Numbered from the stretch's first letter, positions 1 through 10,222 are shown. The stretch: DNA of 50,932 nt from Chiloscyllium plagiosum (GCF_004010195.1 NC_057751.1:16803233-16854164); one strand, 5' to 3'. The notes: generated from the letters alone by a model not told the origin. Made by a program: numbers and translations.

Positions 1-420
1 GAATGTATGTGGGGAGTTCCTGGACTAGGGGGGATAGGACAGTGTCGAGGTAGGTAGAGATGAGTTCAGTGGGGCAGGAGCATGCTGAGACAATGGGTCG
101 GCCAGGGTGGTCAGGCTTGTGGATCTTGGGAAGGAGGTAGAACCGGGCAGTGCGGGGTTCCCGGACTATGAGGTTGGAAGCTGTGGGTGGGAGATCTCGT
201 GAGGTGATGAGGTTCTGTATGGTCTGGGAGATGATGGTTTGGTGATGGGGGGTGGGAGATGACGTTTTGGTGATGGGGCGGTGGGGTCATGGTCGAGGGG
301 ACAGTAGGAAGAGATGTTGTCGAGTTGGTGTTTGGCTTCAGCGGTGTAGAGGTCAGTGCGCCAGACTACCACTGCGCCCCCTTTATCCGCTGGCTTGATG
401 GTGAGGTTGGGATTGGAGCA
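1..420 (-). mobile_element. Penelope-like retroelement reverse transcriptase fragment (frameshifted)
   Basis: Minus strand reads NLTIKPADKGGAVVVWRTDLY...RFYLLPKIHKPDHPGRPIVSACSCPTELISTYLD, typical PLE RT N-terminal motifs (ADKG, LPKIHK..GRPIVS). A small internal duplication near 240-275 shifts the frame. Confidence 0.85.
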
Positions 421-580
421 TTAAGTGTATGCCAATGAAGTGTATAAGTCCTGCTCTGATTTGCTTTCCCAAAATGCAGCACCTCGCATTTATCTGAATT
501 AAACTCCACCTGCCACTTCTCAGCCCATTGGCCCATCTGGTCAGGATCGTGCTGTAAGCTGAGGTAACCCTCTTCGCACA
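421..580 (-). mobile_element. CR1/HER1-type LINE ORF2 fragment
   Basis: Minus strand reads QWAEKWQVEFNSDKCEVLHFGKAN, typical CR1 post-RT sequence. Confidence 0.75.
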
Positions 581-1039
581 GTGTTTCTGATCTGGGTCTG
601 TAATTTCAGCAGAAAGCTGGTAGAAAGCATCTGGAAAACACCATGTCCGTGCTTTCTCTGGGAAATTGGAGACAGAGCAGTTCTGCAAAAGGTTGACTAA
701 CGCATGGGTGTAAATGGTGCTTGTCGTAGCCAACCAGCTATAGGAACTTAGGGACAGGGGTCGGGCAATTAGCTCCTCCGGCCTGTTCCACCATCCAATA
801 TTAGTCAAGGCTGATCTGTGGCCTAACTCCGTATGCCTGCTTTATCCCTATTGTCTTTGCTTTAAAAAGAAAGGGTTTTTGAGATTAACAGGAACACGAT
901 TTTTAGAACAAAATGGCGGCACGGGACCACTTTGAAAGGCAACGAAAAAGCGGTTCCACGGGCACAGCACTTCCATTAGCAGGTCTGGGTGCGTGCCGAA
1001 GAGCTCTCGGAAGTCCAGTTTTTGACACTTTGTTTTTTA

Positions 1040-1765
1040 GGGCGGCACAGTGGTTAGCCCCGCTGCCTCACAGCGCCAGAGACCTGAGTTCAAATCCTGT
1101 CTCGGGCGACTGTCTGTGTGGAGTTTGCACATTCTCCCCGTGTCTGCGTGGGCTTACTCCGGGTGCTCCGGTTTCCTCCCACAGCCCAAAGATGTGCAGG
1201 TTAGGGTGGATTGGCCGTGCTAAATTACCCATAGTGCTCAGGATTGTGCAGGTTAGGGTGGATTGGCCACGCTAAATTACCCATAGTGCTCAGGGATGTG
1301 CAGGTTAGGGTGGATTGGCCACGTTAATTACCCATAGTGCTCAGGGATGTGCAGGTTAGGGTGGATTGGCCACGCTAAATTACCCATAGTGCTCAGGGAT
1401 GTGCAGGTTAGGGTGGATTGGCCATGCTAAATTACCCATAGTGCTCAGGGATGTTCAGGGTAGGGTGGATTGGCCGTGCTAAATTACCCATAGTGCTCAG
1501 GGATGTGCAGGTTCGGGTGGATTGGCCATGCTTGTAGTGTTAGGTGAAGGGGTAAATGTAGGGCAATGGGTCTGGGTGGGTTGCTCTTCGGAGGGTCGGT
1601 GTGGCCTTGTTGGGCTGAAAGGCCTGTTGGATTGGCCATGCTTGTAGTGTTAGGTGAAGGGGTATATGTAGGGGAATGGGTCTGGGTGGGTTGCTCTTCG
1701 GAGGGTCGGTGTGGCCTTGTTGGGCTGAAAGGCCTGTTTCCACACTGTAAGTAATCTAATCTTAA
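1040..1765 (+). mobile_element. tRNA-derived V-SINE (HE1-like) with about 6 internal 52-bp repeats and duplicated tail
   Basis: tRNA-like head (GGCACAGTGGTTAG...GAGTTCAAATCC), V-SINE core GTGTGGAGTTTGCACATTCTCCCCGTGTCTGCGTGGG, tandem CAGGGATGTGCAGGTTAGGGTGGATTGGCC units, tail GGCCTGTTTCCACACTGTAAGTAATCTAATC. Confidence 0.85.
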
Positions 1766-2149
1766 AAAAAATCGAACTTATCTTGGATCTGCTGCCATTT
1801 GTGGAAGAGAATATCACTGTTTGTGTGTAATAGTGCTTCCTAGCATCTCTCCTGAACAATCTGACCCCAATTCTCAGACTATACCCCCTTGTCCTAGAAT
1901 CCCCAACCAATGGCAATAGTTTATCTGCCCTGCTTCCTGCTGTTAATAGCGTGAAGACTTGGATCAGGCCACCTTCTAAATTCTGTAGAAAACAGGCCTA
2001 ATTTGTATAAGCTCTCTTTGTAACTTCACTGCTGAAGTTTGTAAACCTATATTGTTCTCCCTCCATGACCAAACTATCGTAGCTGAGATGTCATGGCCAG
2101 ATCTGCTCAGGGTACTGCAAGCAGGGTCTAGGGTTTTTAGTGATGTGGA

Positions 2150-2510
2150 GGTGCCGGAGTCGGACTGGGGTGGACAAAGTTAAAAACCACACAACACCAG
2201 CTTGTAGTGGAACAGGTTTAGTTGGAAGCACGAGCTTTCGGAGCGCTGCTCCTTCATCGGGTGGTTGCAGGATCCTAAGATGGAAAATTTATAGCAAAAG
2301 ATCACAGTGCCATGCAATTGTTCAATATATCGTTTTAATTCCATGACACTGTGATCTTTTGCTATACATTCTGCGTCTCATGCTCCTGCTCCCACTAGTT
2401 AGCTGATGAAGGTGCAGCACTCTCCTACTTCCAAATTGACCTGTTGGACCATAACCTGGCGCTGTGTGATTTTTTTATTTTAAACTCCATCCACCCCAGT
2501 CCCACACCGT
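2150..2510. mobile_element. Foldback (inverted-repeat) Penelope-related non-autonomous element with two degenerate hammerhead motifs
   Basis: Arms ~2150-2313 and ~2341-2510 are diverged reverse complements. Hammerhead-like cores at ~2232-2260 (-) and ~2403-2425 (+). Same family as 22578-23490. Confidence 0.65.
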
Positions 2511-3540
2511 CACGTCCAAGCGATGCAATGGAAAGCTGTAAATGTGGCGTCGACCACTGACTGAGCAGGTCCAGTGATAATGGAGATATGGGTTTTGCAG
2601 GGGGGGGGAGGCAATGTGAGCATTCTACCTGCAGCTGGCCTTTGAACGGATGCACGTTTGGCTGAGTAACTGGGGATGGTAGCAAAAATGTGTCATTGCA
2701 TGGCAATGATGACTAACTCATTTGAAAGCATGGGAGGTATTGCTTAGAGATGAGAAATTATGAATGCTTCCAGACAAAGGAACTGCACCCCACACATACA
2801 GGGAGGAGGGGTGGGGGGGGGGGAGCTTTGCAATGTGCAATGGGCCACTGGGGTTCGGGGGAGGGGTAGAGAGCTGCTACAACATGGAAGCAATGGGTGG
2901 GGATGCATGAGGACTGCGCCTTGACTGCGGCAATGCCGGATGATTGACAGGAGCCCCCTCCCCGGGAGACAGGCTCCGTCATCGTCCCCTGGCCTGGCAG
3001 CTCCCATTGCAAAAGGAAGAGAGGGGGGGGGGGTGATGGGGCCAATCACCCACCACTTTNNNNNNNNNNNNNNNNNNNNNNNNNNNNNNNNNNNNNNNNN
3101 NNNNNNNNNNNNNNNNNNNNNNNNNNNNNNNNNNNNNNNNNNNNNNNNNNNNNNNNNNNNNNNNNNNNNNNNNNNNNNNNNNNNNNNNNNNNNNNNNNNN
3201 NNNNNNNNNNNNNNNNNNNNNNNNNNNNNNNNNNNNNNNNNNNNNNNNNNNNNNNNNNNNNNNNNNNNNNNNNNNNNNNNNNNNNNNNNNNNNNNNNNNN
3301 NNNNNNNNNNNNNNNNNNNNNNNNNNNNNNNNNNNNNNNNNNNNNNNNNNNNNNNNNNNNNNNNNNNNNNNNNNNNNNNNNNNNNNNNNNNNNNNNNNNN
3401 NNNNNNNNNNNNNNNNNNNNNNNNNNNNNNNNNNNNNNNNNNNNNNNNNNNNNNNNNNNNNNNNNNNNNNNNNNNNNNNNNNNNNNNNNNNNNNNNNNNN
3501 NNNNNNNNNNNNNNNNNNNNNNNNNNNNNNNNNNNNNNNN

Positions 3541-3950
3541 CGCGGCCCCGTGCGCGCGCGCGCGCGCGGGGGGGGGGGGGGAGGTGATGGCGGCTCCATG
3601 CCCGCGTGGAGCGAGGCCTCCCTCCCTCCCCCCCCCTCCCGCTGCCAATAATAACAGGATCAAGCAGCGATAGCCTTGGGGCGGCCGGATTGATCCCCCC
3701 CCGGGTTTATTCCCGCTTCTCCTCCTCCTCCTCCGCCATTTGCCGCATTGCCTCGCGGGGAGGCGGGGGCTCTGCCCGCGGTGTCCCGCCCCTCTTTCCA
3801 ACCCCCCCAATAGGCGTGATGGCGTGCGTGCCGCGGCTCTGATTGGCTGGCCGGCGCCGTCACTCGCGATGATGGACGACCGTCTGCTCCAATCACAGCC
3901 GCAGGTCCCCCCCCCATTGTCCTTTGCCGGGTCCTAGTGCCCACCGCCCA
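3541..3950. promoter_or_regulatory. CpG island at the MAT2A 5' end (promoter / intron 1)
   Basis: Very GC- and CpG-rich, several CCAAT/ATTGG boxes (also CCAAT at 3042-3046 just before the gap) and a YY1-like CCGCCATTT. Lies upstream of MAT2A exon 2. Confidence 0.65.
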
Positions 3951-4227
3951 CTGAAGACAAGCCTCCATCCTCTGTCTCCAATTCTCCTGAGACTGTGCCC
4001 TCTGCTCCTAGACTTTCCCATGGGGTGGTGTATCCCCCTCCCTCAGCAGTGACCCCCCATCATTATGTTTCAATGGGAGCTCCTTTTTTTTGTTTCTTGA
4101 GTAGAGTCTCAACTTGTTCTCCCCTTTTTTTCAGGGCAGTGAGTGCTGTCACTTCAACCACAGTAGGCATCGTCACCAAGCCTCTGGCTCGTGTTGCCTG
4201 ACGAGTAAATCTTCTGTCTTTTTGGAG

Positions 4228-4400
4228 ACACTGGGGTGGACAAAGTTTTTTTTTAAAACAAAAATCACCCAACACCCTGTTATAGTCGCAACAGGTTTAT
4301 TTGGGAGCACCAAGCTTTTGGAGCGCTGCCTGATGAAGGAGCGATGCTCCGAAAGCTGGGTGTGCTTCCAATTAAACCTGTTGGACTATAACCTGACGTG
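4228..4400. mobile_element. Short foldback element of the hammerhead-bearing family in MAT2A intron 1
   Basis: Same terminal sequence as the 2150 and 22578 copies (CTGGGGTGGACAAAG...AACAGGTTTA). Plus-strand core CTGATGA-AGGAGCGATGCTCC-GAAA at 4330-4354. Confidence 0.65.
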
Positions 4401-4793
4401 GCTTGTAACTTCTCTCATCTTTGCAGTTTGTGCCCCAGAGTTTGGCTTTCTTCCTGGTCATGTCAGTCCCTACTCTCTCTCACCCCTTGGGGGTCAGGGT
4501 GGGTTTGGTGTTGGTTGGTATGAGGCTGGTTGATCTTTGACAGAAGGCCTTGTATTTAATACAACCTTTTGCGCCTGTGCAGTATTTTATAGGGAAGGAT
4601 TTGTAGTTGGAGGCAGACTGCTGATGGTAATAATTCATCGAATATCTGAAGGAGCTGCAATGTCAGATTCCAGGTTTAAGCTGTGGACTGGATCATTTGA
4701 AGTAATGTGTTGAAATTGGGAATCATTTGGGATACTGTGCTAGAGGTATTGGTTATGGTGGGTAATTGTCATCTGAGCCAATTTTTCTTACAG

Positions 4794-4871
4794 ATAAAAT
4801 CTGTGATCAAATTAGTGATGCTGTTTTGGATGCCCACCTCAAACAAGATCCTGATGCCAAAGTTGCTTGTG
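4794..4871 (+). CDS. MAT2A: MAT2A exon 2
   Basis: (D)[25 protein letters not shown]; cag| ... |gtaagc; 78 nt. Confidence 0.96.
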
Positions 4872-7783
4872 GTAAGCTACTGACACTTCTGGTTTTTTTA
4901 CTAATGCAATCAATGGAAACATTTTTTGAGATGCAATTGAATGGGAAGCAGCTGGTGAGAAGAGGTAACTACAATTGTGATAACGTGTGACCTCCCTACT
5001 TTTGTAGAAACAGTTGCAAAAACTGGGATGATTCTACTGTGTGGTGAAATTACTTCCCGCGCATCTGTTGATTACCAGAAGGTTGTGAGAGACACCATCA
5101 AACATATTGGATATAATGATTCTTCGAAAGGTTTGTTCCAATCCCTATCTCTTGACTTCTGCGACCGTGACGTCTTAAATGTATGGTGACTTATGAACTC
5201 TGGTGTTTCCAGGCTTTGACTACAAGACCTGCAATGTTCTAGTTGCTTTGGAGCAACAGTCCCCCGATATTGCACAAGGTGTTCATTTGGATAGGAATGA
5301 GGAAGATATTGGTGCTGGAGATCAAGTAAGTTTGAATTTGGCCACGCTTGAATTGCGATTAACCTCTCAGTGGGTTTTGAGAGACTCTAAACTGCAAATT
5401 GTTTCCCCTCCAGGGTCTTATGTTTGGTTATGCAACAGATGAAACTGAAGAGTGCATGCCTTTGACTATTGTCCTTGCTCACAAACTGAACGCTAAGATG
5501 GCAGAGTTGCGACGTAATGGTACTCTGCCCTGGCTTCGGCCAGATTGCAAAACTCAGGTGAGCTCACCTTAATACAGTGACTTGTTTGCTTGGCTTTCAG
5601 GCTGGGAGCAGTTTTTTGACTTTAAAACCTGCTGTCGATCCTACAGTTTGTTGCTGCCAGTTGGGATCTTGGTCTGTCTGATCTTTGCCACCTCTTAATG
5701 TCTGGATGGGCATGATTCTCATTATGAGAATGCAGGTGACTTTGACACCTTCAGATACAGGAGGGATGTTGGTGGACATTTTAATGTTCTGTCGGAAGAC
5801 TGGCTCAGTGACGTTTACCATGTCTTTCTGGTATACAGGTGACGGTGCAGTACCTGCAGGACCACGGTGCTGTTATTCCAATCCGTGTGCACACGATTGT
5901 GATCTCGGTCCAGCACGATGAAGACGTTCCCCTGGATGAGATGAGGGATGCTCTGAAGGACAAGGTTGTCAAAGCTGTCGTGCATTCCAAGTACCTGGAC
6001 GATGAGACCATCTACCACCTGCAGCCCAGTGGACGTTTTGTTATTGGTGGACCACAGGTTGGCTAGAACTGGTTGTTCTGTGTGCAGACCTTCTGAAACC
6101 ACTGAAGTGCAGTGTTTAGATGAGGGAACTAAGTTTTCTGCATGCACTTTGAAGCTGATACTGTTTCTCTTTGTCTTTCTACATGCTTGTGTGATTGTTT
6201 TGTGCTGCTTGCCTATTCCATTATTGCAGAGGCATCCATTTTGTAAACCAATCCAGTGCTTGCTGATGAGTGGTGTTGGAAGCAGGGCAAGTTTTTTGTT
6301 TTCCCTAACCTAGAAGTGCCCTAATGCTGCCTTGACTGGGTGAACTGGGGGCTTGTCCACTACTCAGTTGCAAGATTTCACTTGTGGGGTGGGCTGCTTG
6401 CTTGGCTCTTTAGTTTTGCTTAACTTTTGAAAAGCAGCTGGCTGTTTTAATGGTAGCACTAAGTGAAAGCTTAACTCTGTGACCAGGGTTGCTAATTATA
6501 TAGACTTGAGTTTTGTAGTTGCCATTTTGTCTTGTGTATTATTCTCCCTGCTGTGCCCAGTGTACCTGATTACTTCCAGCTCCGTCTTTAAATATGCGGC
6601 TTGAATGTACTCCAGCAGTTTGCTCCTGTTTGTGTTGGGGGGGTGGGGGGGGAGGGTGGGGAGAGCCCGGCCTATTGCTGAAATCCTAGTGACTGTGTTC
6701 GGGTTTGTTCTGACAAGCGAGACTTTAAAAAAAACCCCAAACCTCTCAAAACAGGGAGATGCGGGCCTCACTGGGCGAAAGATCATTGTTGATACCTATG
6801 GTGGATGGGGTGCACACGGGGGTGGTGCTTTCTCTGGCAAGGACTACACCAAAGTGGATCGCTCTGCTGCCTATGCTGCTCGATGGGTTGCCAAGTCTCT
6901 GGTAAAGGCTGGCCTGTGCAGACGTGTCCTTGTGCAGGTGAGTTGTTAACCGCTTCCTGGGTTTGTTGCTTCGGTGTTTTGGGGGTGGGAGGTGGCTATT
7001 TCAGTAACCTTGGTGGTGTTTCCTGAACCTCTGGAGTCACACTGCCAGCTTACCTGTGCTGGAGTTGGCTGAGTTATATTTTTTAACCTGGTTTGTCTGG
7101 GCTGGGTGGTGATGGAGAGTTACCAATGACTCCCATTATTTAGTCCCATCTTTATTAGGTGATCAGTCCATATAAAGTGAGGAAAGGGTAATGTTGGAGA
7201 ACACCAACAGTTGTGACTCCAGTGCCGTCTCTCCTAAGTGTGGTTTAAATTTAATGGGATCTGTCTGTACCCCTATAATTGGTGTGAGGTAGTGATGGGA
7301 GGATTCCCCCTCCTGATTTTGTTGTCTGGTGTTAAGGTTCACTGGTAGTGCCCTCCAGTAAAATGTCCCACTCAACCATTTGTCCTTGGGTGAGTAAAGA
7401 TGTGGCCTTAAATGCTATGAGTACCTTCTTAATCTAATTTATAGGTGTCATATGCCATTGGAGTGGCACACCCTCTCTCTGTCTCCATCTTCTCCTATGG
7501 GACCTCAGAAATGAGTGAGAAGGAACTGTTGGAGGTGGTGAAGAAGAACTTTGACCTTCGTCCTGGTGTTATCGTCAGGTAAATGGTGTTGGGGGGGAGA
7601 TAGTAAAATGCAGTCCGTTTAAAGGGAGCAGCAAACCTCCAGTGGGAGGAAAAGACTCATTGTCTGAATGTGTTTTCCAGGGACCTGGATATGAAGAAAC
7701 CAATTTACCAGAAGACTGCAGCCTATGGCCACTTCGGTAGGGATAGCTTCCCCTGGGAAGTGCCTAAAAAACTTAAGTACTGA
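4794..7783 (+). CDS. MAT2A: S-adenosylmethionine synthase isoform type-2, coding exons 2-9 (exon 1 not visible, probably in the gap 3060-3540)
   Basis: join(4794-4871,5008-5130,5213-5325,5414-5557,5839-6057,6755-6937,7445-7578,7681-7783). All introns GT-AG, frame continuous. Motifs [25 protein letters not shown]; ends [11 protein letters not shown]. Gly in IAQGVH and the 3'UTR hairpins indicate MAT2A rather than MAT1A. Confidence 0.97.
5008..5130 (+). CDS. MAT2A: MAT2A exon 3
   Basis: (E)[40 protein letters not shown]; tag| ... |gtttgt; 123 nt. Confidence 0.96.
5213..5325 (+). CDS. MAT2A: MAT2A exon 4
   Basis: (G)[37 protein letters not shown]; cag| ... |gtaagt; 113 nt. Confidence 0.96.
5414..5557 (+). 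CDS. MAT2A: MAT2A exon 5
   Basis: [48 protein letters not shown]; cag| ... |gtgagc; 144 nt. Confidence 0.96.
5839..6057 (+). CDS. MAT2A: MAT2A exon 6
   Basis: [28 protein letters not shown]...[15 protein letters not shown]; cag| ... |gttggc; 219 nt. Confidence 0.96.
6755..6937 (+). CDS. MAT2A: MAT2A exon 7
   Basis: [61 protein letters not shown]; cag| ... |gtgagt; 183 nt. Confidence 0.96.
7445..7578 (+). CDS. MAT2A: MAT2A exon 8
   Basis: [44 protein letters not shown]; tag| ... |gtaaat; 134 nt. Confidence 0.96.
7681..7783 (+). CDS. MAT2A: MAT2A exon 9 (coding part)
   Basis: (R)[33 protein letters not shown]; cag|; TGA at 7781-7783. Confidence 0.96.
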
Positions 7784-7790
7784 GTGTAAA

Positions 7791-7854
7791 GTCTTTCTCC
7801 CCAGACTTGTTGGTGTATAATACAGAGAAGCTGCAGGCTCTCGGGGAGAAAGGC
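7791..7854 (+). promoter_or_regulatory. MAT2A 3'UTR hairpin 1 (METTL16 m6A substrate, Rfam MAT2A_A-like)
   Basis: Stem GTCTTTCTCCCC/GGGGAGAAAGGC enclosing GGTGTATAA-TACAGAGAA-G (nonamer 7821-7829), immediately after the stop codon. Confidence 0.9.
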
Positions 7855-8647
7855 CCCTTCCCATATATCCTGTCCACCCATAAACCCATACGCTGCTAGT
7901 CACAGGATCTTTCTTCTCTTTTCCCCACACTCCCTGTTAGAGCTTTGTCCTTGAACACCCACCCCACCATCCCTGTGCTAGCCACTGCATTGCTAATGTG
8001 TAGTTTTGTTTAGCTGGGCGAGGGTTGAAAGAGGGACCATGAACTAGGGGATCGAACTTTGAATTTCCATGTTCTAGTTGGGGTTTGGATCACCTGACAC
8101 TACACTGTCCCAGTTACAGCTTGTAACCCTAGTCTGCAAGACTGCTTTTTTGCATACCTTGTCCCAAATGAAACCTGTAGTGTTGCTTATTCATGGAAGT
8201 GATAACCTATTTGTCAGTGCTGTACCCAAACTTTGGGGCACATCTAGTAATGGTGCTTATTGTGTGGTTCCAACCCTTCAATGTAACTTAATGTCCTGGA
8301 CACTTAAACGTGCAGTCCTGTTTTTGGATTAGTGACCAGTTTTAATTTTTCTCCCCCCCCCCCCCCACTTTTTTTTTTTCTTTTGAAGGACGTACGTAAT
8401 GATTTTTAAAAAGCAAAAAGGGTTTTTAAGGAATTGACAACAGCTATGCATTGTTGTTTCTGCACTAGCCAAACCTCATTTTTAAACTCTTATTTTCTTT
8501 GTACAGGCCCTTGGTGGCCCTGACCTCTTGGAGGTCAAGGGCAGTTTCCCAAGGTCTGTGGGTTGCACACTTTGGTACTGTTTCTCTTCAAGGAATGAAT
8601 CCATAACTGCACAATGAGCTCCTGAGTTTCAGACAGATGGATATTGC

Positions 8648-8700
8648 AGCCATTATGAAAGCTGGTGTCGATACAGAGAAGCCAGCAAGGTGTGATGGCT
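8648..8700 (+). promoter_or_regulatory. MAT2A 3'UTR METTL16-type hairpin
   Basis: AGCCATTAT..GCTGGT[GTCGA-TACAGAGAA]GCCAGC..GTGATGGCT; nonamer 8672-8680. Confidence 0.88.
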
Positions 8701-8748
8701 TAAGGAATTGAATCTTCATACTTGAATAATATTACGTTCCTATTTATT

Positions 8749-8787
8749 CTGAGACTTGGCGTAGTTACAGAGAAGCCACTGTCTCAG
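8749..8787 (+). promoter_or_regulatory. MAT2A 3'UTR METTL16-type hairpin
   Basis: CTGAGAC-TTGGC[GTAGT-TACAGAGAA]GCCA-CT-GTCTCAG; nonamer 8766-8774. Confidence 0.88.
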
Positions 8788-8855
8788 TTGGCAGCTTAAA
8801 AGATACATTTTTTTTTAGAAAAGATTATATATTGCAATTCCTTCAGTCCCAGTAT

Positions 8856-8910
8856 CCCTGGTAGGCCTGAGGTGTCCTACAGAAATCCCTTGGGCTCAAC
8901 CTACAAGGGG
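8856..8910 (+). promoter_or_regulatory. MAT2A 3'UTR METTL16-type hairpin with variant nonamer
   Basis: CCCTGGTAGGCCTGAGG[TGTCC-TACAGAAAT-C]CCTTGGGC..CCTACAAGGG; TACAGAAAT at 8878-8886. Confidence 0.8.
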
Positions 8911-8943
8911 TCTGGCTGGTGTTAAACACAGGGGCAGGCGAGT

Positions 8944-9018
8944 GCAGCAGTTGCTGAAGGGCCTCTTGGCTGGTGTTGTACAGAGAAGCCAGCCTGTTTA
9001 CATGCTCTCAGCTGCTGC
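8944..9018 (+). promoter_or_regulatory. MAT2A 3'UTR METTL16-type hairpin (most distal)
   Basis: GCAGCAGTTG..GGCTGGT[GTTG-TACAGAGAA]GCCAGCC..CAGCTGCTGC; nonamer 8979-8987. Confidence 0.88.
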
Positions 9019-9096
9019 TGTGATCGGCAAGTGCCTTTTTGTAACTTGGCAGTTATTACGTATGTCTGTTATCAGAAGTCCAAATACTGAGATCTC

Positions 9097-9102
9097 AATA
9101 AA
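9097..9102 (+). terminator. MAT2A polyadenylation signal
   Basis: AATAAA after the last hairpin, followed about 20 nt later by a GU-rich element (TGTGTTTGTCTGTGTCT). Confidence 0.8.
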
Positions 9103-10222
9103 GAGCTAGGTTCTCCACAAGCTGTGTTTGTCTGTGTCTCCTTACTCTGTGGACAGTGAACACTCACTGCACAACAATGCTGCCTTTTATTACTGCATTT
9201 GATTGATCATGACTCATACTGAATCCCTACAGTGTGGAAGCAGCCCATTTGGTGTATTGAGTCCTCTATACACCTTTTTGGACAAACTTATAACTGCCTA
9301 CAGATGCCAGAGGGTGAAATCTGAATGTGGGTGCTGAGCAGCAACACTAACCACCTTGCCTATTAGCAGTAGGCACTGCTCTATTGAATCATACTGCAGT
9401 CTTTTTGTAATATCTTGGCCTGAGTTCTGCTGTGAACCTCCCAGTTAAGGCAGAATCAACTTGCCTGAGGGGTAAATCCAATTCATCTTTATTTACAAGC
9501 CAGCTGAATGCTCCATCTCAAAGTCTAGGTAATTCTTTCATTCATTTTTGTTCCTGTCAAATGACGAGAATGGAACAAATCTCTTGACCTTGGTGTGCAT
9601 ACAGTATCTACATGTTACTGTTCAGTCATCTGTTAAAATGTGAAGGAGGGAATAATACATTAAAACAGTTGAAAACATCAATTTTATTCTGGTTTTACAA
9701 GGTAAGTGCAATTGGAAATACTTGCATTCCCAAAACCCAGCAGAGAATGGATGTGAAAGTTTTAGTGAAGTTTGAAGACTAAGAAATGCTTCAGATGTTG
9801 AGTGGTGAGAAAAGTATAGTCAAAGGTTAGGAAAGGTCTTTAGGGGAAAGGGTTTACTTTAAAATAATTGGCACATTGATAACCAGAACTTGGAAGCATC
9901 TACAGAGATTCATGTCCTTTGAAACCAGATCCATCTTCTGGCGATCAAAGTAGTAAGGGGCCTTGTGGCACACTGTTAGCATCCTTTCTTCCCTCTCTCC
10001 ACATTTAGTGATAACATTGGAGGGTCACTACACCATTGGCAAAGGTGGAGGAGAGAAAAGAGGGGAAGTATTGGACCTCATCACTGCGTCACAAAGCAAC
10101 CCTGACTTTAAAATTATAATAAACAGACCATGAATTAAAAATTAGCAACTTGATTCCTTTTGGGCTCTTATGAAATTATAAATGCAGTTTTAAAAAGACA
10201 ATCCAAATTTTTTAGCTGAAGG

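Noticed and set aside
1040..1110. tRNA gene (also at other SINE heads)
   Set aside because: The A/B boxes continue into V-SINE core and tail, so these are SINE heads and not tRNA genes.
2940..3810. Long ORFs of 200-250 aa around the gap (also 19359-19971, 20822-21599)
   Set aside because: Artefacts of translating through N runs.
7158..7389. Poison exon in MAT2A intron 7 (ttattag| ... |gtgagt)
   Set aside because: Only generic splice-like motifs; cannot be supported without transcript or conservation data.
9901..9909. Additional METTL16 site TACAGAGAT
   Set aside because: Downstream of the poly(A) signal, mismatched, and no flanking stem.
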